Of a stretch of 64,000 nt of DNA, positions 1-10,019 are shown piece by piece. The stretch's first letter is position 1. Each line of letters opens with the position of its first letter. Below the pieces are notes generated by a model. The model saw nothing but the letters and a program-made list of their open reading frames with translations. It did no database searches and was not told the origin of the DNA. The stretch lies in IMG/VR virus record IMGVR_UViG_3300010938_000034, one strand, 5' to 3'. This stretch comes from an uncultured virus (IMG/VR IMGVR_UViG_3300010938_000034). Taxonomy: Duplodnaviria > Heunggongvirae > Uroviricota > Caudoviricetes. The position numbers were made by a program, and so were the translations under genes.

Positions 1-126
1 GGGCTTCCGCTCCTTCTGAGCTTCCGCCCTGGTAGCTTTTCTTAGATTTACCTCTATAACGTGGAGGCTTCAGAGGCTTAGCTACCAAAACCCCTACGGA
101 TCGGTTATCGGGTCTCCGATCAACCC
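1..126 (-). repeat. Structured direct repeat, copy 1 (copy 2 at 37690-37813); candidate cis-regulatory RNA
   Basis: First 55 nt identical to 37690-37744, near identity to nt 98/37786; GGTAGCT...AGCTACC and CCTC/GAGG stems in both copies. Confidence 0.9.
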
Positions 127-137
127 TTTTTGTATCT

Positions 138-392
138 TTATTTGCACCGAGGTGGTTCGTCAGGGGTGCAAACCACCTCACGATGTCCATCTCCATATAA
201 ACGGTAGCAAGAATGCTTACCGTAGGAGATGACCCTTACCAGAATCCAAGACTCTGGTGAGGGGAAAATGATTTCCTCGCTCCATTGGTTTCCCGTTTTG
301 GAGCGAGCAAATACTCGTCCCTCAACCCCGTCGCTGTATTCAGCGACGAAAGTTGAAGTTCCTATCCCTGCCTTTTTACAAGCTATTATCAT
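138..392 (-). CDS. Hypothetical protein
   Basis: 84-aa ORF, GGAGG RBS, start overlaps the stop of the upstream ORF. Confidence 0.65.
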   Translation of the reverse strand: MIIACKKAGIGTSTFVAEYSDGVEGRVFARSKTGNQWSEEIIFPSPESWILVRVISYGKHSCYRLYGDGHREVVCTPDEPPRCK

Positions 393-628
393 TCCTCCTT
401 CTTCTCCTTATTATAAAAAAGCCCACCCTCGCCTTGAGCGAGAATGAGCTTTCTATTTTGATACACCCAAAGAGCATGCTTGCACAGATGCCCATTGAGT
501 GCGTGAGGACAAGAGCACTTGAGACTCTTAATCCCCACAAAATAAAATTGCCCAGGAACGGATTCAGATTCAATCTGAACCGTCTCTGGGCCAATCCTTT
601 TCCATGAGGAGGGGACAAAAGGTCTCAT
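389..628 (-). CDS. Small SWIM-type zinc finger protein
   Basis: CSC-x7-CKH motif (CSCPHALNGHLCKH); ATGA coupling to neighbours. Confidence 0.65.
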   Translation of the reverse strand: MRPFVPSSWKRIGPETVQIESESVPGQFYFVGIKSLKCSCPHALNGHLCKHALWVYQNRKLILAQGEGGLFYNKEKKEE

Positions 629-1017
629 TGTTCCTTCCTCACAAACCGAGTCACGGCAACAATGTTGCCGTGCTCATCCCTGATACAGGATTTGCCCGTA
701 TCAGGGGCCAGGAGATCGGTCCTCTCGCTGGCCTCGAAGACCAGCGAGGAGACCAAAAAGAAAACCCCTTCCTGAGGTTCAGGGAGTCCAACAACCCGAC
801 CAGTCTTTCGGGTCACAGTCGGAATCCCCTCTACCTCGGTTGAGGGGGTCTCAATCGTTTCCACCCGAGGAACTATGCCCTCAGGTGGAAAAATAACATC
901 CTCCTCCCAAAAGGGAGGGGGCTCCATCCACCCCTCTTCATCATAGTGAGGAAGAGTGGAAAACCTTTTGATCCTCACCCTGACCGGGTGAGGGGTCAAA
1001 TTCTTGACCATCGCCAA
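625..1017 (-). CDS. Phage hypothetical protein (NLTPH family)
   Basis: 130-aa ORF, AGGAGG RBS, first gene after the sigma54 promoter; NLTPH start and DLLAPDTG motif recurrent in phages. Confidence 0.75.
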   Translation of the reverse strand: MAMVKNLTPHPVRVRIKRFSTLPHYDEEGWMEPPPFWEEDVIFPPEGIVPRVETIETPSTEVEGIPTVTRKTGRVVGLPEPQEGVFFLVSSLVFEASERTDLLAPDTGKSCIRDEHGNIVAVTRFVRKEQ

Positions 1018-1047
1018 TCCCTCCTTTTTATTTTTTACTTATTTAAA

Positions 1048-1064
1048 AGCAATCCCTGTGCCAA
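1048..1064 (-). promoter_or_regulatory. sigma54 (-24/-12) promoter, copy 1
   Basis: Minus strand TTGGCACAGGGATTGCT = TGGCAC-N5-TTGC (GG-N10-GC); repeated at 37835-37851. Confidence 0.8.
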
Positions 1065-1090
1065 TTTTCAAAAAAATTTTTTCTCAATAA

Positions 1091-1257
1091 ATTCAATATG
1101 TTAAAAATTTAGCCAATCCTCCAAACTCCAAAAATCCTTACATTTTTGAACAAAACGCATTACAATTTTGAACATTTCCAAAAACACTGCCTTAACTATT
1201 TAATTTTATTCAACTTTCCCATTGTTCAATTTTGTTCAAAAAATTACAATTTTGTAA
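1091..1257. promoter_or_regulatory. IHF-like site plus four CAWTTTTG-core imperfect palindromes (putative enhancer-protein sites)
   Basis: ATTCAATATGTTA at 1091-1103; TTACATTTTTGAACA 1138, TTACAATTTTGAACA 1160, TTCAATTTTGTTCA 1225, TTACAATTTTGTAA 1244. Confidence 0.55.
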
Positions 1258-1276
1258 CCCAATTCACGCTCCTTAT

Positions 1277-1359
1277 ACTACTATAGTACCCAATATTACT
1301 AATTCTTTTTATATATTAATTTTATATATATAACTACTATAGTACCCAATACTACTAAT
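1277..1359. repeat. 27-bp direct repeat pair in an AT-rich, G-poor tract
   Basis: ACTACTATAGTACCCAATA(T/C)TACTAAT at 1277-1303 and 1333-1359. Confidence 0.8.
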
Positions 1360-1803
1360 ATTAGTAATAATATCTACTAACGTAGTATTTGTTATTATGT
1401 TGATATAACTACTAAGATAACCAATAATACTATTATTATATTTATTATAATTATTATAATATTCTATATATATTACGTATACTTGGTAGTAATGGATTCC
1501 ATATCTAAGGAGGAACTCCGTAGTTTACATAATAGATATTATCAGACGTAATTATAAGTATCTGAATTCATTAAAGATTTTTGGAACTTTTTGTGAAAAT
1601 GAGAAATGAAAGGCAAGGGGAATCCGTCGCTGGACTTTTTTATAAAAGGTTTGGCGGCGCTTACCTTCCTTCCCCCCAAAGAGAAATTTTTAGGGTTTTG
1701 GGGTTGTGGTATAGTTTAGAAATGCCTCTGTGGATTTAAATTTTGCGTTTTAAGGGGGGTTTGGTTTTTGTGGTCTTAAAACGTGAAATTTTTAATTTGG
1801 GGC

Positions 1804-1833
1804 TTGACAAAGTTTTTGGTTTGTGTTTATTAT
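1804..1833 (+). promoter_or_regulatory. sigma70-type promoter for module A, probably giving a leaderless mRNA
   Basis: TTGACA-N18-TATTAT, ATG at 1840 with no SD. Confidence 0.5.
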
Positions 1834-1839
1834 GGGGTT

Positions 1840-2034
1840 ATGAGTATTAGGGAGCAGGGTTATCCTTACGACATACCTATCAAGATTAGTCCTCATGTAG
1901 ATTTAGACATCACGATTACCTGGACGGGGGATAAGCCAACGACGATTGAGGTTGTAGGGTTGGGTAAGACTAAGACGATGACACTTACCTGGTCTGGGGA
2001 TAATCTTACTTCAATAGCAACAGTGATAACATAG
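1840..2034 (+). CDS. Small virion/tail-associated protein
   Basis: Beta-rich ORF (TKTMTLTWSGDNLTSI); ATG 1840 preferred over GTG 1783. Confidence 0.6.
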   Translation: MSIREQGYPYDIPIKISPHVDLDITITWTGDKPTTIEVVGLGKTKTMTLTWSGDNLTSIATVIT

Positions 2035-2042
2035 GGGGTTTT

Positions 2043-2321
2043 ATGTCAGATGTAAGATATTGTGTTCCAGTAACTTTGAAGAGGACAGTGTCGGTGACTG
2101 ATTTATATGCTGCTCTGAAATCGATATTGAATGCTTTACTTAGACCGATGTGGGTTGATCCGACAACTTCAAGGGTAAAAGCGGATGTAACAGCAACTCA
2201 ATCTGGAACTTGGAATGTAGGCACAGTAACTACACTTACCAATTTAGGAACAGCAAATGTTACTGGGATGTATATTGATAGAACAGCATGGGGACAGAAT
2301 ATTCGTCCTCGCATAACATAG
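2043..2321 (+). CDS. Putative tail fibre-associated protein
   Basis: VTATQSGTWNVGTVTTLTN fibre-like repeat; co-oriented. Confidence 0.6.
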   Translation: MSDVRYCVPVTLKRTVSVTDLYAALKSILNALLRPMWVDPTTSRVKADVTATQSGTWNVGTVTTLTNLGTANVTGMYIDRTAWGQNIRPRIT

Positions 2322-2334
2322 AAGGAGTGGAAAA

Positions 2335-3921
2335 GTGACAACTACGTTGGGCTTTAAGGATTTGATTGATTTACCGCAATGGAGAACGTTGGCAAATTCT
2401 ATTACAGCAACGGCTGCTGGTTCTTGTATTTGTGATGATGATAGACACGATGTATCAAGAGACCCATATTTATATCTTTTAATCAATGCAACCACTTTTC
2501 AAAGATACAATACCAGAAACGATGAATGGCAAACTCTGACTTCTCCAGCGTTGGCAGGGACTTTCGGTGCAGGTGCAGGGTCAGTTTTTGTTCCTTCGGC
2601 AGGGCCTTCTGGGACTTTAGCAGCAGGATCAACTACTACATCTGTAGTTCTTTCAACTGCTTTGCCAGCAGCAGTAGGTGTAAATCAACTCGCTAATAGA
2701 GGAGATGGCGTAGGATATAAGATAAGGATAATTGGCAATGCCACAGGTTCATCTGGAAAGACAGAAGAAAAATACATTATTGGAAACACTGGTGGGACTA
2801 CTCCCACAATCTACCTTGATAGTGCATTAAGTTTTACTCCTATTGCTGGAGACAGGTATGAGATACTGGCTGGTAGGGTAATGCTGATGTCTGCTGGGAC
2901 ATTGGCGGCTGGTATTGTCAAGGGCTATGATGTTGCCACAAACTCTTTTGTTACCGTAACTCAAACTAACCTTCCTGCGACGATTGGAACAGACTCAGAA
3001 TTTATCGCTCTCGATGAACAATATGTACCTAATACCAGAAATCCAGGTGAAGGGTTCTTTGGCAATCTTGTTGCAACCGCCAGTTCTTCAACCTCTATTA
3101 CGGGACAGGCAACTGGTGGAGACGCTGGGGTTTTGGCTAATGAATATAGAAATTTTCAAATTAGAATTGTTCAAGATACAACAACCCCAACCGCTGTAGG
3201 GCAGCGAAGGATTATTTCCTCTCATACTGCAGGCCCTTCTGCGGTTTATACTCTTTCATCTGCCTGGACAGTAACTCCTTCTGCCAATGCTACATTTGTA
3301 ATCGAAAATAATAACGATGTCATTTTATCAACTTCTGCTTCGACTACGATGTATTCTTATCGAATGGGTGGGTTTACCGCTGACGGCACTTGGTCTTATT
3401 CGGGAACAGTAGGGACAAATGGAGCACTGGCTTATGCTGCAAGACCTGGTGCTTCAGGTGCTGGAACTTGTGCTATACCTTCTTATGGCTTAACTCTGGA
3501 TACTGCCAAGAATGCAAGATATAGTTATATTTATTGGTTCAGAGGTGGAGCAACAAATACCCTCGATTTACTTGATATTGCAGGAGCAGCAGGAACTGGA
3601 GCATGGACAGGAGCGATTGTCTATGGTGGTCAGACAGGAGCAACTACATTTACCACGGGCACATCATCCTGTTATGATGCTGCAACTAATTCAGGAAAGT
3701 ATGGGTATATAAGTGTGAATGGGACTCAAAGGTTTGCAAGATTTGATGTGTTGAATAGAGTGCTTGAACCCTGGTGCTATTTACCTTATGCACAGTCAAC
3801 TGCGGTTGTAGGAGAAAAGGTAGCAACAGGATTGTTTATTGATGGAACGACAAAATTGACATTCTTGTATGCAATCCAAAATAGTGGCTCTGTATTCTGG
3901 AACTGTGCAATACAGAGATAA
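2335..3921 (+). CDS. Putative receptor-binding/tail protein, kelch-like propeller with two inserted repeats
   Basis: 528 aa, G/T/A/S-rich; kelch-like YLY..F.RY..W motifs; duplicated YKIRIIG..G/FQIRIVQ..GQRRII units. Confidence 0.6.
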   Translation: MTTTLGFKDLIDLPQWRTLANSITATAAGSCICDDDRHDVSRDPYLYLLINATTFQRYNTRNDEWQTLTSPALAGTFGAGAGSVFVPSAGPSGTLAAGSTTTSVVLSTALPAAVGVNQLANRGDGVGYKIRIIGNATGSSGKTEEKYIIGNTGGTTPTIYLDSALSFTPIAGDRYEILAGRVMLMSAGTLAAGIVKGYDVATNSFVTVTQTNLPATIGTDSEFIALDEQYVPNTRNPGEGFFGNLVATASSSTSITGQATGGDAGVLANEYRNFQIRIVQDTTTPTAVGQRRIISSHTAGPSAVYTLSSAWTVTPSANATFVIENNNDVILSTSASTTMYSYRMGGFTADGTWSYSGTVGTNGALAYAARPGASGAGTCAIPSYGLTLDTAKNARYSYIYWFRGGATNTLDLLDIAGAAGTGAWTGAIVYGGQTGATTFTTGTSSCYDAATNSGKYGYISVNGTQRFARFDVLNRVLEPWCYLPYAQSTAVVGEKVATGLFIDGTTKLTFLYAIQNSGSVFWNCAIQR

Positions 3922-3923
3922 GG

Positions 3924-4118
3924 ATGGTGAGAATCATGGATTTAGGTCAACTCATTCAGATTATGGAGAATAGAATTTCAACTCTGCAACGAATTTTAAC
4001 AGAAGCCTATTCGGCAGGAGATATTGACCGTTATAGCCAAATTGATGGTGAATTGAAAGAAACTCAATTAACATTAGAGAAACTTAAATCTATTACCAAA
4101 ATGGAGACAAATTTATGA
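3924..4118 (+). CDS. Small helical protein
   Basis: Similar to the next ORF (LIQIMENRISTL vs LIESLENKLTAL). Confidence 0.65.
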   Translation: MVRIMDLGQLIQIMENRISTLQRILTEAYSAGDIDRYSQIDGELKETQLTLEKLKSITKMETNL

Positions 4119-4474
4119 ACATCAACACGCTTATCGAATCCCTTGAAAATAAATTAACTGCCCTTGAAGCAAAAAAGAAAGTTGCAGTAGAAAAAGGCAA
4201 ACCCGAACTTCTTTTTACCTTCGACCAGGAACATATCGAGACTGCAACAACACTTAATCTCATAAAAAAGGCAGTAGAAGAAATCAAAGTCTACCAGGCA
4301 AAAGAAGTAAAAGAAAAACTCAAATTATATCTTCTTGAGAATCTCCCCAATCTGGCTTTCTATTTTAAACAGGAAAGTATCAACAAAGTAGTAAGCGATG
4401 CTTTAGAGCAGGCGTTTAATAAATTAACCGAAGAAGATTTTTTAAACAAGGTTGTAAATTTAGTAGAAAAATGA
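4115..4474 (+). CDS. Hypothetical helical protein
   Basis: 119 aa, overlapping start/stop. Confidence 0.65.
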   Translation: MNINTLIESLENKLTALEAKKKVAVEKGKPELLFTFDQEHIETATTLNLIKKAVEEIKVYQAKEVKEKLKLYLLENLPNLAFYFKQESINKVVSDALEQAFNKLTEEDFLNKVVNLVEK

Positions 4475-4487
4475 ATGGAGGTATTTT

Positions 4488-4802
4488 ATGGAGCAAATAG
4501 TAATAAGGGCTTATCAAGCGTTTGATTATGAGAGTGTTACAGTGAGTAGCACAGCGGTTGGGTTGACGGCAAGTAAGTTTAATTCTTATGCGGCTTATGA
4601 GATAAAGGCTTTTATGACGCTTGAGAGTGCTCAAATCAGGTGGAGAATAGATGGGACGAATCCAACCTCAACTGAAGGGCATTTGCTTGAGGCGGGTCAA
4701 AATTTAACTATTGAAGGTTATAAAAATTTGAGTCAATTTAAGGCTATTAGAACTGGGACTACAGATGGGGTTCTTAAGGTGACTTATTTGATTGCAAGAT
4801 AG
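4488..4802 (+). CDS. Small beta-sandwich virion protein
   Basis: VTVSSTAVGL...DGTNPTSTEGHLLEAGQ motif; GGAGG RBS. Confidence 0.7.
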   Translation: MEQIVIRAYQAFDYESVTVSSTAVGLTASKFNSYAAYEIKAFMTLESAQIRWRIDGTNPTSTEGHLLEAGQNLTIEGYKNLSQFKAIRTGTTDGVLKVTYLIAR

Positions 4803-4804
4803 AG

Positions 4805-4984
4805 ATGGAACAAGAATTATTTAACAAACTTACTGAGGAGGAAAAGTTGCGATACAACAACCTATCTCTCCAACTCGAAAATTGCCAACTCCGACTCTTC
4901 ATTGCCCAGCATAACTTTGAAGAGTTTGTGAGTCAGATGAAAACTAAGTATAGTGAGGTGAAGAAAAATGGGGATGATAAATGA
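4805..4984 (+). CDS. Hypothetical coiled-coil protein (59 aa, not in ORF track)
   Basis: MEQELFNKLTEEEKLRYNN... fills the gap between genes. Confidence 0.55.
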   Translation: MEQELFNKLTEEEKLRYNNLSLQLENCQLRLFIAQHNFEEFVSQMKTKYSEVKKNGDDK

Positions 4985-6104
4985 CTATATGCTTATTGGA
5001 GCGTTACCTTGGCCGTTAGTGGTTAAAGACGGCAGCGTCGGCATAAATACAGTTCCAGAAACAGATTTTGTTGATTTTCCAGGCAAGGTTAAATTGCATA
5101 TTCATACTGGAGACTATAACGGTGGCATTAAGATTACTGCAGGTTCTGGAAAATTCGCTGGTATATGGTTGGCTCATAACAACGCTAACCACGAAATGTG
5201 GGAAATGGCGTCTAGTTATAATACTTACTGGGGAAATTATTTTACTCTCTGTGACCATACGGCTGGAGTTGGTATAAACAATGATAGGTTTATTCTGGTG
5301 GGGGCGGGAGCGACTTCAGGTCCTTATACCGAAGGAACGATGGTTTGGAAAGCGGATAGGGTAATTGATACTTGGAACAAACCACAATTCCAAATCTTAG
5401 GTGAAACAAATGATTTACAGAAGTTGGTTATCGGCTACGATACAACTAATGATAGAGGAGTTATTCAGGCTGGACATGGTGGAGTGGGATATACGGGGTT
5501 ATTATTAAATCCATTCGGTGGCAACGTTGGTATCGGGACGACGAGTCCAGGTGGCTCATCCACAGCAGGAGAAAAAGTTCTCTCCATCGCTAACGGTACA
5601 GAACCTGTCGGTGGGGTTACTGGTCAAGTAAGTTTATTTAGCAAAGATGTTACAGGTTCAGCAGAACTTTTCGCTATGGACGCAGCAGGCAACAAAACTC
5701 AGTTATCTTCCCACCCCACTGACTTTCTTGACACTCTCCCTGTCGAAGACCATCCATTCCCTTGGGCTTATCGAGCTGAGAACGAATACTTGGGTAAGCG
5801 AATCAATGTTGACCTCGCTGGATTGGTTGCGGCGGTTGAGAAACTTACAGGTAAGAAGTTTATGTTCATTGAAGACATCGAGAGACGAGATTGGGACGCT
5901 GATCAGGAAATTCAGAGACTTGCACGAGAGGAAGAAAGACAACGAGCCTTTGCACAAATCGCAGACCTTGAACAGAAGATTGCACTTGAAGAAGACGAGG
6001 AGAAGAAAGCCGACTTAATCAAACAAAAAGATGCAATCGTCATTCCCGAATCTTATGTCAAGAAACCAATGCCAAAGTGGATGGCGGATAGGGTAACGAG
6101 TTAA
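4968..6104 (+). CDS. Tail fibre-like protein
   Basis: GSVGINT/GNVGIGTTSP fibre repeats; helical chaperone-like C-terminus. Confidence 0.7.
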   Translation: MGMINDYMLIGALPWPLVVKDGSVGINTVPETDFVDFPGKVKLHIHTGDYNGGIKITAGSGKFAGIWLAHNNANHEMWEMASSYNTYWGNYFTLCDHTAGVGINNDRFILVGAGATSGPYTEGTMVWKADRVIDTWNKPQFQILGETNDLQKLVIGYDTTNDRGVIQAGHGGVGYTGLLLNPFGGNVGIGTTSPGGSSTAGEKVLSIANGTEPVGGVTGQVSLFSKDVTGSAELFAMDAAGNKTQLSSHPTDFLDTLPVEDHPFPWAYRAENEYLGKRINVDLAGLVAAVEKLTGKKFMFIEDIERRDWDADQEIQRLAREEERQRAFAQIADLEQKIALEEDEEKKADLIKQKDAIVIPESYVKKPMPKWMADRVTS

Positions 6105-6106
6105 CT

Positions 6107-6370
6107 ATGTTTTATATTCTTTCAATATTGCTGACTATCTTTAATTGGGGAGACTATTTTCTAACCCAAAGGTTGTTGTCTTGTGGCTATCAGGAGTTAA
6201 ACCCAATTCTAAAAAAGTTAAGTATGTTTTGGGCTAAGTTGATTATAAATGTTGCTTTAGTTATTATAACCTACCTAACCCACTGGCTTGTTCTTGTCGT
6301 TCCGACACTTGCCTTACTTTCGGCTTGTGTTTGGAATGGAAGATTATTATACAAATATTGTAAGAGGTAA
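6107..6370 (+). CDS. Small membrane protein (ELNP motif)
   Basis: Hydrophobic segments, D..LT....G..ELNP. Confidence 0.65.
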   Translation: MFYILSILLTIFNWGDYFLTQRLLSCGYQELNPILKKLSMFWAKLIINVALVIITYLTHWLVLVVPTLALLSACVWNGRLLYKYCKR

Positions 6371-6372
6371 AA

Positions 6373-6708
6373 ATGGTTTTTATTATCAAAGACTACAAGA
6401 AAAAACAGATTAATCAAAAGTTTATTGATGAAGTTGGAGATAGAATTGGTAGTGTGAAAAAGCACTATGACGATATTGTCAAAGAATCAAGAAAGCAAAA
6501 GAAAGAATTAGAAGAAAGGTTAAGAGAAAGTGGTCTTCATGGAGTTAAGAGTTTTGAGATTAGAAATTTTGAAGAGTTTGCAAATATTGAGAAAACAATG
6601 AGTATGATTCGGGATTATAAAGAAGTTTCACAATCAACAAAAGATTTACTTAAAAAAATTGAGCCACTTCGAGCTATTGATGAAAAGGGTAACATAAAGA
6701 AGGTGTGA
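6373..6708 (+). CDS. Hypothetical protein
   Basis: 111 aa, GAGG RBS. Confidence 0.65.
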   Translation: MVFIIKDYKKKQINQKFIDEVGDRIGSVKKHYDDIVKESRKQKKELEERLRESGLHGVKSFEIRNFEEFANIEKTMSMIRDYKEVSQSTKDLLKKIEPLRAIDEKGNIKKV

Positions 6709-6709
6709 T

Positions 6710-7576
6710 ATGTCATTACCATATACTTTCTCAACACTCAATCTTACTACATATCCTAAAGATGCTCAAGGAAATTATATCTTACCTGCTTCTGCTTTGG
6801 ATGATAATTTTACTTATGTTTTGAATCGTATTTGGGTAAATACAACCGCACCTACAGATACAGATAAGTATCCATTCTGGTTAGATACTTCTACAAGTCC
6901 AAATTTATTTAAATTATGGAATGGTAGTCAATGGGTTACTTTTCAGAGTGCTGGTCAGACTGTAAGAAAGAATTCAGGAACGAATGTTGGAACTCGGAAA
7001 AGATTCAATTTTATTGAAGGAACTGGAATTACCTTAACCATTTCAGATGATGCCACAGATGATGAGATTGATTTAACGATAGGAAGTTCAGGGGGAACGA
7101 GAAAAATAGACTTCCCTGCCTCTTGTTTTGAAACAAGAGTTGCTACAGGATGGGCAGAATTTGTTCAGGTTCAGGGAACAAACTTTGATTGGGGCGAGTT
7201 AAGGTTTGATCCCTCGACAGATGAAAAAGCAATATCCCCCCCATTCAGGCTTACAGGATGGGGTGGTGGGAATATAAGTGTGAGGATTGGATTTAAGGCT
7301 AATGCTACAAGCGGGGATGTGATGTGGATAGTATCGTTTCTCGGAAGAGATACAACAACTCCAGAAGCCTGGGATGCGGCTTTTACTGACCACGCCTTAA
7401 GTGCAGTAACTGTTCCCTCAACCGCTGAATATTTAAAAGAAGCAGTATGGACAGGGACTCCATCAGAATTGGCAAATAATGACGCAGTTATTATGAAAAT
7501 TACAAGAGACGCTGATAATGCAGGAGATACATTAACAGTTGATGCAAAACTTCTTTATGTTCAAATAGAATATTAA
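6710..7576 (+). CDS. Tail fibre/spike protein
   Basis: LPYTF...ALDDNF head-binding-like N-terminus, WLDTS..KLWNGSQW and NFIEGTGITL repeats, beta-sandwich C-terminus. Confidence 0.7.
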   Translation: MSLPYTFSTLNLTTYPKDAQGNYILPASALDDNFTYVLNRIWVNTTAPTDTDKYPFWLDTSTSPNLFKLWNGSQWVTFQSAGQTVRKNSGTNVGTRKRFNFIEGTGITLTISDDATDDEIDLTIGSSGGTRKIDFPASCFETRVATGWAEFVQVQGTNFDWGELRFDPSTDEKAISPPFRLTGWGGGNISVRIGFKANATSGDVMWIVSFLGRDTTTPEAWDAAFTDHALSAVTVPSTAEYLKEAVWTGTPSELANNDAVIMKITRDADNAGDTLTVDAKLLYVQIEY

Positions 7577-7587
7577 GGAGAGAATGT

Positions 7588-7830
7588 ATGGATTTTTCTA
7601 AGTATTCTAATTATAAAATAAAAAATATGGTTAAGGTTGATAAAACTAAAACCAAACCAGAGATTACTTTAAGTCTTTACAATAGGGATACTGGAGAATT
7701 GGAAACATCGGAAGTTTTTGAAATAGATATTAAAGATTTGCAACAGACTTTGGTTAATCTTCAAGTGGAGAAAATGAAATTAGAAAATCAGATAAATCAA
7801 ATTAATGAATTAATAAAAGATTTAAGTTAA
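7588..7830 (+). CDS. Hypothetical coiled-coil protein
   Basis: AGGAG RBS, 80 aa. Confidence 0.65.
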   Translation: MDFSKYSNYKIKNMVKVDKTKTKPEITLSLYNRDTGELETSEVFEIDIKDLQQTLVNLQVEKMKLENQINQINELIKDLS

Positions 7831-7848
7831 TATGGAGGTCGAATATTA

Positions 7849-8310
7849 ATGGCAATTATGCTTTTTGGGAAAACTCCCGCTGATTTGGATACTTATGGCG
7901 GTGGGGATACAACGACAATTTTAGGACCTTCAATTAGTGCTTATCAAGCCCCGGGTCGAGGAATAATGAAAAGTTGGTCTATGTATAGTGCCAGTGCAGG
8001 ACCTTATAATGTGAAAGTAAAAGTTTTCAGGGATGACGGGACAAATTATGTCTTTATAGGAGAAGGTCCTGTGCAATCTGTATCTGGAGGTCTTAACGCC
8101 GATTTACCTTGCTGGATTCCAGTGGAAAAAGGCGATTTAATTGCGATTTATATTAGTGGGACTTATAATATTGAGATGACTTCTGAGACTGGAGGTAGAG
8201 CAACATATTCGGGAGATGTAACCAGCACATTGCCTAAAAGTTCGTGGACTCTCAGTGATTATTCTCTTGCTCTACAAGGTAAGATTTTTACAAGAGTAAG
8301 ACCGTTATAG
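7849..8310 (+). CDS. Beta-sandwich protein, possibly virion-associated
   Basis: IPVEKGDLIAIY motif; GGAGG RBS. Confidence 0.6.
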   Translation: MAIMLFGKTPADLDTYGGGDTTTILGPSISAYQAPGRGIMKSWSMYSASAGPYNVKVKVFRDDGTNYVFIGEGPVQSVSGGLNADLPCWIPVEKGDLIAIYISGTYNIEMTSETGGRATYSGDVTSTLPKSSWTLSDYSLALQGKIFTRVRPL

Positions 8311-8319
8311 AAGATTAAG

Positions 8320-9882
8320 ATGGCTAAAAGACAAAAAGAAGAAGTAAAACAAATTTCATATTCAGACCAGGAATTAAGACAAATTAAAGATGACTGTCTT
8401 TCTGGGCTTGAAGAAAGAAGAAAAATCTATGATACCTATGGTGAAAAGGTTTTAAGAAATAATCTTAAAAATCCCCTCTTTAAACACCTCGAAGACATTG
8501 TCTCTTTAATTTACTTTCCAGATAATATTATCTTCGATACAGTGATTCAATTAGATAAAGAAAAAATTACAAAAGATATGATTGAAAAATTTGGTAAATT
8601 AAAAACTGAAATTTATGAGGATTTTATTAATGAAGCTCTTGATATTCAACTCTATGATATTTTCTTCTGGGGATTAGTTTATGGTGCTTATTTCGTTAAA
8701 TTTTTTATCAATTCAGATAATGAAATAAGAATTAAAAAAGTTTCTCCCTATGATATTTGTGTTCTTTATGAAGATTATTTAGATTTAGATAAAAATCAAA
8801 TTATCCTTCACGTTACAAGAATTCCAAAACATATAGCCGTAAAAAGATATGGTGAAGATTTACTGGTAGAGATGAAAGAAGTTTCTGCACCTGTAAGACC
8901 TGAATCAAGATTTATTGCTCTGGTTTATTCTCAAACAAAGGGACAAGTTCCTACACAAGAAGATATGTGGGCACTTGAAAGAGATATGCCACCAACTCCG
9001 AAGCAAGTAGGAAAATATGTAGAACTTTATGAAATGTGGTTATGGGATGATTCGATTAAAGATTATTTGATGACTCAATTCATTGGTAATAAGATAATAA
9101 AGTCTAAAAACCCATTCATACCAAAAGTCCATCCTATTATCCACTGCGTTCCAAATCCAATTGAAGGATACTTTTTTGGACTTTCAGAAATTCATTTTCT
9201 TTATCCAATACAAGATAAACTTAAGGGACAAATTGACAAAATTGAACATAATGAAAAAATGCTTTCAGAACCACCAATGATTGTAAGTGGACTGACAGGT
9301 TCTATTGAAGCACAAGAAATCAGAAAAAAATTAGATACTCCTCGTGAAGTTATTGAAATTATTGATCCTACATCGAAAATTGACTTTTATCTTCCTAAAC
9401 TAACCCCAGAGATTCTTTATAATTCACTTCAATATTGGGAAACATCTTTTAAGGAATTAAGTGGTATAATGGGAATATTGGGGGGTAAACCACTTCCTAA
9501 TGTTCGATCTGGTTCTTATGCTTCAATCCTTGCTCAATTTGCTTCTGCTCCTCTTAAAAAGAAGGCCTTAAGGGCTGAATGTTTTATTGAAACAATGATG
9601 ACGATGTTTGCTAATATTAAAACAAAAATACTTGAGAAGTATGCTACGATTTCTGGAGTTCCTTTTAGGGTTGATGTTTTTGCTCATACTTCATCTCCGA
9701 TAGTTGCAACTTTCTATCAAGATATGTTATTAGAATTGGCAAAGGCAGATTTTATACCTGCGGAGGTTATTGTAGATATTTTACCTTTGCCTGAAAAGGA
9801 TAAGATAAAGCAGTTTTTAAGGATTAGGGCTATGGAGTTGGGTTATGAGAAGGAAACCCAGAAAGGCAAGGAAGAGACCTAA
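8320..9882 (+). CDS. Portal protein (P22/podovirus-like)
   Basis: 520 aa; GLVYG..FVK, VSPYD, NPF..HP, YFFGLSEI..L.PIQ motifs; upstream of scaffold and capsid. Confidence 0.8.
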   Translation: MAKRQKEEVKQISYSDQELRQIKDDCLSGLEERRKIYDTYGEKVLRNNLKNPLFKHLEDIVSLIYFPDNIIFDTVIQLDKEKITKDMIEKFGKLKTEIYEDFINEALDIQLYDIFFWGLVYGAYFVKFFINSDNEIRIKKVSPYDICVLYEDYLDLDKNQIILHVTRIPKHIAVKRYGEDLLVEMKEVSAPVRPESRFIALVYSQTKGQVPTQEDMWALERDMPPTPKQVGKYVELYEMWLWDDSIKDYLMTQFIGNKIIKSKNPFIPKVHPIIHCVPNPIEGYFFGLSEIHFLYPIQDKLKGQIDKIEHNEKMLSEPPMIVSGLTGSIEAQEIRKKLDTPREVIEIIDPTSKIDFYLPKLTPEILYNSLQYWETSFKELSGIMGILGGKPLPNVRSGSYASILAQFASAPLKKKALRAECFIETMMTMFANIKTKILEKYATISGVPFRVDVFAHTSSPIVATFYQDMLLELAKADFIPAEVIVDILPLPEKDKIKQFLRIRAMELGYEKETQKGKEET

Positions 9883-9962
9883 AAGGTTTAGAATATATTA
9901 CAGGTATCATAGACCAAGAAGAGTAGAGAAACGCTAACTAATTTCAGAGAAAGGAATATTAA

Positions 9963-10019
9963 ATGCCAAGAAAGAAAAGAGTAGGCCGTAGGGCCAAACG
10001 AAGAGTCAAAAGAATTTAA
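9963..10019 (+). CDS. 18-aa highly basic peptide MPRKKRVGRRAKRRVKRI
   Basis: AAGGA SD, ATG..TAA, lies inside a long inverted repeat. Confidence 0.45.
   Translation: MPRKKRVGRRAKRRVKRI

Noticed and set aside
1..126. Repeat as a hammerhead, twister or pistol ribozyme or c-di-GMP riboswitch
   Set aside because: Short motif resemblances only; conserved cores could not be assembled by eye.
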